Below are positions 36,555-48,195 of a stretch of 64,000 nt of DNA, in pieces (the stretch's first letter is position 1; the number at the start of each line of letters is the position of its first letter). The position numbers were made by a program, and so were the translations under genes. The notes beneath the pieces are model-generated. The model did not search any database, was not told where the DNA came from, and saw only the letters and a list, made by a program, of their open reading frames with translations. Origin of the DNA: Hemiscyllium ocellatum (lineage: Eukaryota); NCBI RefSeq assembly GCF_020745735.1, contig NC_083445.1, positions 1,922,001-1,986,000 on the forward strand, in the 5' to 3' direction.

Positions 36555-37070
36555 TCTGAGGCTGTGACATTGGGTCCTCGTTTGTCCTACCAATGGAAAC
36601 ATCTTCCCAACATCCATTCTGTCCAAGCCATTCAGTATTCTGAAAGTTTCAATCAGATCTCCCCAATTCTTCCAAACACCATCGAGTATAGATCCAGAAT
36701 CCTCAAACATTCCTTGTATGTTAAGCCTTTCATTTCTGGGATCATTCTCATGAACCTTGTTGGGACCTGCTCCAGGGACAATACATCTTTCCTGAGGTAT
36801 GTGGCATAAAACTGCTCATAATACTCTCAATGTGGTCTGACCAGAGTTTTATAAAGCCTCAGAAGACTGGTGAAAAATACCTATTCAGTTCATCAGCCAT
36901 TTCTTTGTCCCTCATCACTAATTCTCCAGCATCATTTTTCAGCAGCCCAATGTCTACTTTTGCCTCCTTTTGCCCTTTATATATGAAAAAACTTCTTGCC
37001 ATTTTTCCAAATATTACTAACTAGTTTACCCTCATATTCAATCTTCTCCTTCCTTATTTGTAGCCATTGT
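36555..37070 (-). mobile_element. CR1 fragments
   Basis: Minus ORF DLIETFRILNGLDRMD; linker region GELVMRDKEMADELNRYFS. Confidence 0.75.
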
Positions 37071-38686
37071 CGTTACTGCCATAATATGGATTTGAGACAA
37101 CAAAGGACTCCTATAGAGCCCGACCTGAGTAAGAAAACCTATAGGCTGTCACCCAGAAGAGTGCACACCCTGGAAAGTCCCTGTACATGTGGATTGGAAC
37201 AATTAAAGTGCTTAGCGATTTCCAATTCTGAGCCGATTAAAATTAATGTTCAGTGAAATGGTCACCCAGTTCCCATGGAGGTCAATACCAGCGCAGCTGT
37301 ATCTGTGGTTGCAGATTTGGTCTTTAACAAGATTCGCTTGGGACTCCAACCATTATGTTGGTGCAAATCTCAGCCACACTATTAACATACACTGGGGAAC
37401 TGTTGCAGATTGAGGGTAAAATTTCGGGTTCCGATTACCTATGGGAAGCAGTTGGTGTAGTTCCCACTGATGGGAGTAAAAGGCTTGGGGCCCAAGCCCA
37501 TTGGCGCAGAATTGGTTGAGAAAGATTCACCTAGATTGGCTCAACATTTTTCAATTAGAAAATGGCTACTTCAGTGAAGTCCTAATGAAGAACCCAGAAG
37601 TATTTCACAAAGGGCTCGAGACTATCAAATGGCCAAAGCTGTTGGCCAGGCAGCAATTCTGAGATTTTGCGACACCTGCCTAGTACCATTTGCCCTAAAA
37701 GTACAGGCAGAAATCAGGAGGCTGAAGAGCAAAGGAATCATCATACCAGTGCAGTTGCAGAATGTGTGGCACTGCTCATACTGATTGTAAAGCCTGATAG
37801 CTCAGTTCACCTTTGTGGGGATTTTAAACAAACAGTAAACCACCTCTTGCAGTTGGATAAATACCCAATCCCTCGCACAGAGGACTTGGATGCAAAGGTG
37901 TTGAGAGGGCTCTCCTTTACGAAGCTGAACATGAGCCATGCCTACCTACAATTGTGATTGGATGAGTCCCAGAAGTATGCTATAATTAATATCCATAAGG
38001 GTTTATACCAATACACAAGACTGCTATTTGGCGTATCGTCAGCCTGTGCTCTTTTCCAAAACTGGGTTACACCCATTGGAAGATAAAGTGAGGGTGATCA
38101 AAGGAGCCCTAGCTCCCATGTCCATATCGGAACATAGGTCTTTCCATGGATTAGTAAATTATTACAGAAACTTCATACATAACCTGGCCTCTATCTTGGC
38201 ACCCTTACACCTGCTGTTGATAAAGAGTCAGCCTTGGAAATGGTCACATAGCCAAGAGGTAGCCTTTAGGGGAAAAGCAGCTTTTGTCATCTAAGGTCTT
38301 GGCTGACTACGATCTGAAGCGAGAGGTCGTGCTGACATAGTGTTAGGTGCAGTAGTCAGGGGAAAATATAGGGAAATGGGTCTGGGTGGGTTACTGTTCG
38401 GAGGGTCGGTGTCGACTTGCTAGGCCGAAGGGCCTGTTTCCATACTGTAGGGAATCTAATCTAATCTAATCTAATCTAAGGTCTTTGCCAACTACAATCC
38501 GAAGCGAGAGGTAGTGCTGACATGTGATGCCTCCCCCACATGGTACTGGAGCAGTGTTGGTTCACCGGAGGCCCAAAGGAGAGGAATCCTGATAGCACAT
38601 GCTTCCCACACTTTGGCTGATAATGAACGCATTACGCCCAGATAGAGAAGGAAGGTTTGGCAGCCATTTTTGGTGTGAGGAAGTTC
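37070..38686 (+). mobile_element. Gypsy/Ty3 LTR-retrotransposon pol remnant (protease, RT, RNase H)
   Basis: GHPVPMEVNTSAAVSV (protease site, DTGA decayed); LCGDFKQTVN..LDKYPIPRTEDL; GLVNYYRNFIHNLASILAPLH; LTCDASP..TGAVL; YAQIEKEGLAAIFGVRKFH. The YxDD region appears deleted. Confidence 0.88.
38339..38473 (+). mobile_element. 5'-truncated HE1-type SINE 3' end
   Basis: AGTGTTAGGTGC...GGCCGAAGGGCCTGTTTCC...(CTAAT)n, flanked by about 50-bp direct repeats. Confidence 0.82.
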
Positions 38687-39190
38687 CACACCACCCCGTG
38701 GCCCAACATTTCAACTCTCCTTCCCACTCTGCCGAAGACATGGAGGTCCTGGGGCTCCTTCACCGCCGCTCCCTCACCACCAGACACCTGGAGGAAGAAC
38801 GCCTCATCTTCCGCCTCGGAACACCTACAACCCCAGGGCATCAATGTGGACTTCAACAGTTTCCTCATTTCCCCTTCCCCCACCTCATCCTAGTTCCAAA
38901 CTTCCAGCTCAGCACTATCCCCATGACTTGCCCGGACTTTTCCGACCTGCCTAGCTCCTTTTCCACCTATCCACTCCACCCTCTCCTCCCTGACCTATCA
39001 CCTTTATCCCCTTCCCCACTCACCCATTGTACTCTATGTTACTTTCTCCCCACCCCCACCCTCCTCTAGCTTATCTCTCCATGCTTCAGGCTCTCTGCCT
39101 TTATTCCTGATGAAGGGCTTTTGCCTGAAACGTTGATTTTGCTGCTCATTGGATGCTGCCTGAACTGCTGTGCTCTTCCAGCATCACTGA
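38687..39190 (+). mobile_element. PLE 3' fragment (GIY-YIG end + UTR + terminus)
   Basis: HPVAQHFNSPSHS...LEEERLIFRLGT; TTCCTGATGAAGGGCTTTTGCCTGAAACG. Confidence 0.88.
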
Positions 39191-39534
39191 TCCAGATACT
39201 GGATTTAGTGTTGTGCAATGAGGCAGACTTGATAAGGGAGTTTCGGGTGAAGGAACCCTTAGGAGGCAGAGATCATAATATGATTGAATTTACTCTCCAA
39301 TTTGAGAGGGATAAGTTAGAATCAGAGATAATGGTATTACTGCTGAATAAAGGCAACAACAGAGGCATGAGGGGACAGCTGGGTAGAATTGACTGGGAGA
39401 GGAGCCTAGCAGGAAAGACAGTGGAACAGCAGTGGCAGGAATTTCTGGGAGTAATTCAGGAGACACGCAGAGATTTATCCCAAGGAAAAGAAAGCATGGT
39501 ACAGGGAAGATGAGGTAACCACATAAAAACAAGG

Positions 39535-41255
39535 GCTGCAGGTGCTGGAAACCAGATTCTAGATTAAAGTGGCGCTGGTAAAGCACAGCAGTTCAGGCAG
39601 CATCTGAGGAGCAGGAAAATCGATGTTTCGGGCAAAAGCCCTTCATCAGGAATACAGGCAGAGTGCCTGCAGGGTGGAGAGATAAATGAGAGGAGGGTGT
39701 GGGTGGGGAGAAAGTAGCATAGAGTACAATAGTTGAATGGGGGTGGGAGTGGAGGTGATAGGTCAGAGAGAAGGGTGGGGGAAGATAGCAAAGAGTACAA
39801 TGGGTGAATGGAAGTGGGGATGAAGGTGATAGGTCAAAAAGGAGGGTGGAGTGGATAGGTGGAAAGGAAGATAGGGAGTAGGACAGGTCATGGGGACAAT
39901 GCTGAGCTGGAAATTTGGAACTGGGATGAGGTGGGGGAAGGGGAAATGAGGAAACTGGTGAAAAACACATTGATGCCCTGGGTTTGAAGTGTTCCGAGGA
40001 GGAAGATGAGGCATTCTTCCTCCAGGCGTCAGGTGGTGAGGGAGCGGTGGTGAAGGATGCCCAGGATGTCCATATCCTTGGCTGAGTGGGAGGGGGAGTT
40101 GAAATGTTGGGCCACAGGGCGGTGGGGTTGATTGGTGCAGGTGTCCCAGAGATATTCCCTAAAGCGCTCTGCTAGGAGGCGTCCAGTCTCCCCAATGTAG
40201 AGGAGACCGCATCGGGAGCAACGGATACAATAAATGACATTGGTGAATGTGCAGGTGAAACTTTGATGGATGTGGAAGGCTCCTTTGGGGGCTTGGATGA
40301 AGGTGAGGGAGGAGGTGTGGGCGCAGGTTTTGCAATTCCTGCGGTGGCAGGGGAAGGTGCCAGGATGGGAGGGTAGGTTATTGGGGGGAGTGGACCTGAC
40401 TAGGTAGTCACGGAGGGAATGGTCTTTGCGGAAGGCGGAAAGGGATGGGGAGGGAAATATGTCCCTGATGGTGGGGTCCGTTTGGAGGTGGTGGACATGT
40501 CAGCGGATGATGTGGTTTATGCTTGGTAGGGTGGAAGGTGAGCATCGGGGGGTTCTGTCCTTGTTACGGTTGGGGGGGGGGTCTGAGGCCGAGGTGCAGG
40601 ATGTGGACGAGATGCTTTGGAGGGCATCTTCAACCACGTGGGAAGGGAAATTGCGGTCTCTAAAGAAGGAGGCCATCTGGTGTGTTCTGTGGTGGAAGTG
40701 GTCCTCCTGGGAGCAGATGACCTTGGGGGTGCAGTGAGAGAGGGACTCACTGAGATCCTTGTAGAGGGAGGCCCCCCAGGTCATCTCCTCTGCCCTGAAG
40801 CTCTTCATCCACGTACTGAAACCTCCATCGCCAGACCCTGGCCACACGACGCCTGGAGGAAGAGAGTCTCATCTCCCGCCCAGGAAACCTCTAACTACAC
40901 AGGATGAATGTAGATTTCTCCAGCTTCCTCATTTTCCCTCCCCCCATCTTATCTCAGTCCCAACTCCCGGGTTCAGCACCGCCCTCTTGACCTGCAATCT
41001 TCTTCCCAACCTCTCTGCCCCCACCCCCACTCTGGCCTATCACCCTCACCCTCACCTCCTTACATCTATCGTATTCCCAGCACCCCTTCCCCAAATTCCA
41101 CACATGTGGAATTTGATGATTTCAAGAAGGCCTTTTATCTCAGCCCGCTTGGCACACCAGCCTCATTCCTGAAGAAGGGCTTCTACCCGAAATGTCAATT
41201 CTCCTGCTCCTTGAATGCTCCTGGCCTGCTGCGCTTTTCCACCACCACACTTTTC
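39535..41255. mobile_element. 1.7-kb palindromic PLE (minus arm about 39535-40775, plus arm about 40800-41255) inside a CR1
   Basis: The minus arm has the GIY-YIG region and the full terminus; the plus arm ends at CACACTTTTC. CR1 sequence lies on both sides (39190-39530 and 41256 onward). Confidence 0.82.
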
Positions 41256-43460
41256 AAAGACCAACAGAGAGGGCAACAAAGAAAGAAATAAGTCGGGAAA
41301 GATTAAATATGAGGCTAAGCTAGGTAGCAATATCAAGGAAGACTGTAAGAGTAAGAGGCAAAAGTGGACATTGGAAAATGGTGCTGGAGAGATCATATTG
41401 GGGAATAAAGGAATGGCTGAGGAACTGAATAATTACTTCACGTCAGTATTCACTGTCGAAGACATGAGTAATATCCCAAACACTGGGGGGGCCCAGAAAT
41501 GAGTATGGTGACCATCACCAAGAAGGAAGTGCTAGAAAACCTGATTGGCCTGAAGGTGGATAAACCACCTGGACCAGACGGACTCCATCCCAGTGTTCTA
41601 AGTGAGATAGCTGAAGAGATAATGGAGGTGTTAGTGTGATCTTTCAGGAATCACTAGGACCATGGAGGGCCCCAGAGGACTGGAAAATCGCTAACGTAAC
41701 ACACCCGTTTAAAAAGGAGGTAAGGCAAAAGATGGAAAATTACAGTCTGATTAGCCTGACCTCAGACGTGGGTAAGATTGCACTCCATTGTGAATGATAA
41801 GATTTCTGAATACTTGAAAGTGTATGGTAAAATAGGGCAAAGTCAGCATGGTTTCATCAAGGGAGGTCATGCCTGACAAATCTACTAGAATTCTTTGAGG
41901 AAGTAATGAGCAGGTTAGACCAAGGAGAGCCTTCAAGGATGATTTCAAGAAGGCCTTTGACAAGTTGCTGTACAGAAGGCTACTGAGTAAGATAAGGGCC
42001 ATGGTGTCAGAGGCAAGGTGCTAGCATGGATAGAAGCTTGGCTGTCTAGCAGAGTGCAGAAAATGGGGATAAAAGGGTCCTTCTTAGGGTGGCAGTCTGT
42101 GAGAAGTGGTGTTCTGCAAGGCTCAGTGTTGGGTCCATAACTTTTCACTTTATACATTAATGATCTAGATGTGGGGACTGAGGGCATTCTGGCTAAGTCT
42201 GCAAACTATACAAAGATAGATAGAGGGACAGGTAGTGTTGAGGAAGTGGGAAGCTGCAGAAAGATTTGGACAGGTTAGGAGAGTGGGCAAAGAAGTACAG
42301 TGTAGGAAAGTGTGAGGTCATGCATTTGGTCGGAAGAATAGAGGCATGGACTATTTTCTAAAGGGAGACAAAATTCTGAAGTCTGAAGTGCAGAGACTTG
42401 AAGACTTGAGAGTTCTAGTCCAGATTTCACTCAAGGAAAACTTGCAGGTGGAGTCAATAGTTTGGAAGGTAAATGCAATGATGGCACTTATTTTGAGAGG
42501 ACTTGAATAAAGAAGTAAAGATGCACATCTGAGGCTCTACAAGCATCTGGTCAGACCACATTTGGAGTATTGTGCGCAGATTTGTGGGTGGCACGGTGGT
42601 ACAGTGGTTAGCACTGCTGCCTCACAGCGCCTGAGACCCGGGTTCAATTCCCGACTCAGGTGACTGACTGTGTGGAGTTTGCCCGTTCTCCCCGTGTCTG
42701 CGTGGGTTTCCTCCGGGTGCTCTGGTTTCCTCCCACAGTCCAAAGATGGTGTAGGTTAGGTGAATTGGCCATGCTAAATTGCCCATAGTGTTAGGTAAGG
42801 GGTAAATGTAGGGGTAGGGGTGGGTTGCGCTTCGGCGGGTCGGTGTGGACTTGTTGGGCCGAAGGGCCTGTTTCCACACTGTAAGTAATCTAATCTAATC
42901 TAATCTAATCTAATCTAATCTAATCTAAAAAAATCTCAGGAAGGATGTACTCATTCTGGAGTGTTTCCAGAGGAGGTTCATGAGAATGACCCCAGGAATG
43001 AAAAGCTTAACATATGAGGAACATTTGAGGACTCTGGGTTCATACACAATGGAGTTTAGAAGGGTGAGGGGTGATCTAACTGAAACATATAGAATACTGA
43101 ATGGCCTGGAAAGAGTAGACATGGGAAGACATTTCCATGGCTAAGAGAGACAAGGACCCAAGGGCATAGCCTTAGAGTGAAGGGAAGACCTTTTAGAACA
43201 GAGATAAGGGAAAACTTCTTCAGCGAAAGAGTAGTGAATCTATGGAACTCATTGCCATAGAAGGTGGTGGAGGCCAGGTTATTGAGTATATTTAAGACTG
43301 AGATAGGTAGATGTTTGAGTATCATGGTGGTCAAGGGTCATAGAGAGAAAGCAGTAGAATGTGGTTAATAAACTTATCAGCCATGGTTGAATGGTGGAGC
43401 AGACTCGATGGGCTGAATGGCCTAATTTCTGCTCCTATGTCTGGTGGTTTTATGGTCTTT
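41256..43460 (+). mobile_element. CR1 LINE (linker, RT, 3' UTR) interrupted by a SINE
   Basis: ELNNYFTSVFTVED, DKPPGPDGLHP, FKKAFDK, VRPHLEYCAQ, LIETYRIL. Confidence 0.9.
42586..42927 (+). mobile_element. Full-length HE1/V-SINE-type tRNA-derived SINE
   Basis: Pol III A box TGGTACAGTGG, B box GGTTCAATTCC, central TGTGTGGAGTTTGC..TTCTCCCCGTGTCTGCGTGGGTTTCCTCCGGGTGCTC, tail (CTAAT)n. Confidence 0.92.
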
Positions 43461-43807
43461 TCACCACTTGGAAAATACTCCAATCGTATTTTCTTCATCC
43501 AAAGTTGATAACCTTGTGCTTATTCTCATTGAATTCCATCTAACCCTGTTGTGCCCATTCACTTAATCTATTCATTGTCTCTTTGTACCTTTCTGCCCCT
43601 GTCTGTAGTCATTACCATGCAGCCTAACTGAGTTTCATCAGTGACCTTCAATTCATGATTTGCTGTCCCTTCATCAAATTAATCATAGTGAAAGAATAAG
43701 GTCCAAGTATGAGTCTCTGGGGAACACCATTAATCACATCTGTTCAATTTGAATCAATATCCAATATCCCTACCGCCTGCCTTGTGCTTTCCCCAAAACA
43801 ACTGTCT

Positions 43808-43910
43808 GAGTTCTGAAGGAGGGTCACTGGACCCGAAACATTAACTCTGCTTTCTCTCTACAGGTGCTGTCAGTGCTACTGAGTTTTTCCAATACTTTCT
43901 GTTTTTGTTA
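43808..43910 (+). mobile_element. Third-family PLE terminus with a decayed hammerhead motif
   Basis: GAGUU-CUGAAGG-A-GGGUC(ACUG)GACCC-GAAA-CAUU-AACUC with perfect helices I and II. Confidence 0.65.
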
Positions 43911-43914
43911 CTAG

Positions 43915-45655
43915 ACTAACTCCTGGAATGGCCAGTTTGATGTATGGAAGCAGACTGAATTGGTTCGGACCATATTCACTAGAATTTATAAGAATAAGGA
44001 AGGATCTCTTAGAAACCTATAAAATTCTAATAGGATTAGAGGGTAAATACAGGAAGGATGGTCCCAATGACCAGGGAATCCAGAATCAGGGGTCAGAGTC
44101 CAAGAATACAGGGTAGGCTATTTAGGATTGACATTAGAAGGAGATTTTTTTTCCCAGATTGTGGTCAGCCTGTGGAATTCTCTGCTACAGAAAACTGTTG
44201 AGGCCAAAACATTGATGACTTTTGAGAAAGATGTGGATGTATTTCTTAGGACTAAAAGGAGTGAAATCAGTAATAGGGAACTGAGTTGGATGATCAGCCT
44301 GATGTCGGTGATGGGCAAGTAGTCGAAGGGAATCCTGAGGGACAGGATGTACATGTATTTGGAAAGTCAAGGACTGATAAGGGATAGTCAACATGGCTTT
44401 GTGTGTGGGAAATCATGTCTCACAAACTTGATTGAGGTTTTTGAGGAAGGAACAAAAGGGGCAGAGCGGTAGATATGGTCTATATGGACTTCAGTAAGGC
44501 CTTCGACAAGGTTCCCCATGGGAGACTGAGTAGCAAGGTTAGATCTCTTGGAATACAGGGAGAACTAGCCATTTGGATACAGAACTGGCTCACAGGTAGA
44601 AGACAGAGGGTGGTGGTGGAGGGTTGTTTTTCAGACTGGAGGCCTGTGACCAGTGGAGTGCCACAAGGATCGGTGCTGGGACCTCTACTTTTTGTCATTT
44701 ACATAAATGGTTTGGATGCGAGCATAAGAGGTACAGTGAGAAAGTTTGCACATGACACCAAAATTGGAGGTGTAGCGGACAGCGAAGAGGGTATACCTCA
44801 GATTACAACAGGATCTAGACCAGATGGGCCAATGGTCTGAGAAGTGGCAGATGGAGTTTAATTCAGATAAATACAAGGTGCTGCATTTTGGGAAAGCAAA
44901 TCTTAGCAGAACTTATACACTTAATGGTAAGGTCCTAGGGCTTGTTGCTGAACAAAGAGACCTTGGTGTGCAGGTTCATAACTTCTTGAAAGTGGAGTCA
45001 CAGGTATAGGATGGTGAAGAAGGCGTTTGGTATGCTTTCCTTTATTGGTCAGAGTATTGAGTACAGGAGTTGGGAGGTCATGTTGCGGCTGTACAGGACA
45101 TTGGTTAGGCCATTGTTGGAATATTGCATGCAGTTCTGGTTTCCTTCCTATCGGAAAGATGTTGTGAAACTTGAAAGGGTTCAGAAAAGATTTACAAGGA
45201 TGTTGCCAGGGTAGGAGGATTTAAGCTATAGGGAGAGGTTGAACAGGCTGGGGCTGTTTTCCCTGGAGCGTCGGAGGCTGAGAGGTGCCCTTAAAGAGGT
45301 TTACAAAATTATGAGGGGCATGGATAGGGTAAATATGCAAAGTCTTTTCCCTGGGGTGGGAGAGTCCAGAACTAGAGGGCATAGATTAAGGGTGAGAGGG
45401 GAAAGATATAAAAGAGACCTATGGGGGTAATGTTTTCACACAGAGGGTGGTAGGTGTATGGAATGAGCTGCCAGAGGGAGTGGTGGAGGCTGGTACAATG
45501 ACAACATTTAAGAGGCATTTGGATGGGTATACGAATAGAAAGGGTTTGGAGGCATTTGGGCCGGGTGCTGGCAGGCGGGACTAGATTGGGTTGGAATATC
45601 TGGTCAGCATGGACCGAAAGGTCTGTTTCCATGCTGTACATCTTTATGACTCTAT
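43915..45655 (+). mobile_element. Two consecutive CR1 3' fragments (about 43915-44330 and 44335-45655)
   Basis: [36 protein letters not shown]; tail TTTATGACTCTATC. Confidence 0.9.
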
Positions 45656-45970
45656 CAGCCATGAGCATAATGATAGACAAGCAGGCTAGAAGGACTGAAT
45701 GGCCTACTCCAGTCCTTTTCTCTGTTTCTGATGAAGCTGAAGTGTCTGGATATATACAGGAACCCAGTTGTGAAGAACTTGCTTTACTTCCTTCTCCATT
45801 TGACAGAAAGCAGAGAGACACTGAGCTATATGTATCTTGATCTCTGAGTAGGCTTGATTTTATTAATTCTGCGGAATGTTTCTGATCTGTTCAGTGCTCT
45901 CAGCCTGCTGTGAATTGAATGCCTCCCACATTTGGGAGATGGCAATATATCAAATGTTGAAACAAGATGT

Positions 45971-46070
45971 TGGAATTTTTCCTCTGGAATTCTTGCCATT
46001 GTTTTTTAAATAATTTCCGGGAAAGGACGGAGGTCATTTTCATTAACATCGAGCTGAGTTAGTCAGGCCG
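45971..46070 (+). promoter_or_regulatory. Putative proximal promoter of ICAM-like gene 2: GAS/STAT palindrome, kB/NFAT-like and AP-1-like motifs
   Basis: TTTCCGGGAAA at 46014-46024; GGAATTTTTCC at 45972-45982; TGAGTTAGTCA near 46056. All lie in unique, non-repeat sequence just 5' of a strong-Kozak ATG (GCGACATGG, 46107). Confidence 0.65.
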
Positions 46071-46106
46071 AGTACAGATTGCAGAGCCCATCCACATTCT
46101 GGCGAC

Positions 46107-46173
46107 ATGGGTTTCCAGATCATTTCACCTCATCGGCTTCTGCAGTTCTTCACTGTGACTTCTTATGTGACAA
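46107..46173 (+). CDS. ICAM-like gene 2, exon 1 (signal peptide)
   Basis: MGFQIISPHRLLQFFTVTSYVT plus 1 nt, donor GTGGGT at 46174. The phase-1 join to 61638 gives ...YVTINVAG/IDIW, a plausible signal cleavage site. Confidence 0.72.
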
Positions 46174-46854
46174 GTGGGTAAAAACATATTTAAAATCAGT
46201 GGATAGTGTTTACTGACTGTATTTGTGCTGCAGTTCACGATGCGTACAGTTATGTTTAAATGCGGACATTTCTCGTGTGTACTTGTTCTGTAATGAATGA
46301 TGGATTTCTTGTTATTCGTTAATATTAAGAACAACATTATTAGGCACGTTTCTGGTCTGTGTTGTTAGAAGCAAAAAGAGAGAGAGAGAGATGGTTATTC
46401 AGGATTGTGTGTTGCTCTGTCTCAGCCTGTTTTGTGAGAAGTGAGGCTCCGTACGTTCGCTGAGATGTTTGATGGGTTAGCTGGAAGTGGGGTTCTCTCA
46501 CCCCACACCCAGCACAGGCTCTCGACTCTCTTCACCGTCCCTCGAGCAGAGATGGCAGAACTCTGGGCTCCGTTGAGTTCAGTGAGTTGGAACAGTGTGT
46601 TTTCTGCTGTTCCGGTGCTGTTAGACCTGACGGTGCTGAGTTGCTGCCGGGTGTACCATCCCGGGAGCAGCAATTCCAACTGTCTGTTCAAACTGCCCCA
46701 ACACACACACACACCAACGGAGCAAATCCTAGACATGAACCAGTCATTGTCCACTATGTAAAGAATCCCTCTGTTCCCTTCAGTATTGAATACTGCGGTA
46801 GAAATCCTCGGTAATAAAGATGGACACGGTTATGAGTGGCTCAGGTAACGGCAA

Positions 46855-47080
46855 AGTGACGGGCATTCCCCTCTGAGCTGGACTGAAACTTTCCCCCAGA
46901 ATGTTCTGTCCTTGGAGTGACCTCGCTCCGTCCGCGGAACAGTCCGGGGACTTTCCAGCAACAGTGACGGCATCCAGTACGGTATGTAGTTAATCTCAGT
47001 CAAATACTGCCACAGACAACTCTTCACCAGAAATTACACCCGAGAGTTCAACAAGAGGGGATTTTTCATTTTCATTGACA
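46855..47080 (+). promoter_or_regulatory. Candidate intron-1 inflammatory enhancer (NF-kB and IRF motifs)
   Basis: GGGACTTTCC at 46947-46956 (perfect kB); GGGCATTCCC at 46861; GAAACTTTCCCC at 46885; GGGATTTTTC at 47058; TTTCATTTTCATT at 47064-47076 (GAAANNGAAA on the minus strand). The surroundings are CpG-rich. Confidence 0.5.
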
Positions 47081-47229
47081 TTTTAGACAAATGAAAATAA
47101 ATGATTGGGAAGTACACATGAGATCAAGACAGAATGAAATATCAGACTTTCAAACAACAGGAAAATATGGTTTTAAAATCACAACTGGAGACATTTGCCA
47201 TCCCAGTGGTTGCGTTGATCGGGTAGAGT

Positions 47230-48195
47230 GAGTGTTCAGTAGTAACTATCAAGTTTGTGTAGAGGGTTGGAGGTTCAGAATGCTCACACCCTGCCCAAGA
47301 ATATCAGAGCCCATGGAATCCAGGGCAATTTGGTAAATGGCTCCAAAATCGGCCAGTGATAAGAAGAGAGGCTGGTGGTTGAAGAATTTTAGTGACTGGA
47401 AACCTGTGTCCAGTGGGGTTCTACAGGAACTGGTACTGGATCCTTTGCTGTTTGTTGTGTAAGGTGATGATCTAAACATGAATGCAGAAGTTATGATCGC
47501 CGGTTATAATCAGAATGTTTGTTTGGTGGTGTGGTAAATAATAAACAGGAAAGTCTTAGATTAAGGTATAATATGGGCGGCACGGTGTCACAGTGGTATG
47601 GGCGGCATAGTGGCACAGTGGTTAGCACTGCTGCTTCACAGCGCCAGAGACCCGGGTTCAATTCCCACCTCAGGCGACTGACTGTGTGGAGTTTGCACAT
47701 TCTCCCCGTGTATGTGTGGTTTCCTCCGGGTGCTCCGGTTTCCTCCCACAGTCCAAAGATGTGCAGGTTAGGTGAATTGGCCATGTTAAATTGCCCATAG
47801 TGTTAAGGGTTAAGTGTAGGGGTATGGGTGGGTTGCGCTTCGGCGGGTCGGTGTGGACTTGTTGGGTCAAAGGGCTTGTTTCCACACTGTAGGTAATCTA
47901 ATCTAATAAAGAAGACCCAAAACTGGCCAAATAATTGCAAATGAAATGTAATCCTGAAAACGGTGAGGTATTGCATTTTGGGTAGACTAACAAGGCAGGT
48001 GAATGGTCAGACCCGACATACAGAGGATCCGAGGGAACTTGGTGCAGATGTTCTTAAGTCCTTGAAAGCAACATGGCAGGTAGATAAGGTGGTTAGGAAG
48101 GCACATGGGATACTTGCCTCGATTATTCAAGGCATTGAATACAAGAGCAGTGAGGTTATGATGGAGCTGTTTCCAACACTAGTTAGCCATGCTTT
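47230..48195 (+). mobile_element. Decayed CR1 containing an HE1-type SINE (47575-47907)
   Basis: CR1 RT motifs flank a SINE that has A/B boxes, a duplicated 5' head and a TAATC tail. Confidence 0.85.

Noticed and set aside
42586-42660. tRNA-like A/B boxes
   Set aside because: They are SINE heads (also at 47575 and 52670), not tRNA genes; there is no cloverleaf, and the SINE body and tail follow.
46392-46814. Alternative start MVIQDCVLLCLSLFCE and ORFs 46441-46761 and 46587-46814
   Set aside because: The donor would be phase 2, incompatible with the phase-1 D1 exon. The ORFs have no recognisable domain and are better explained as GC-rich intron.
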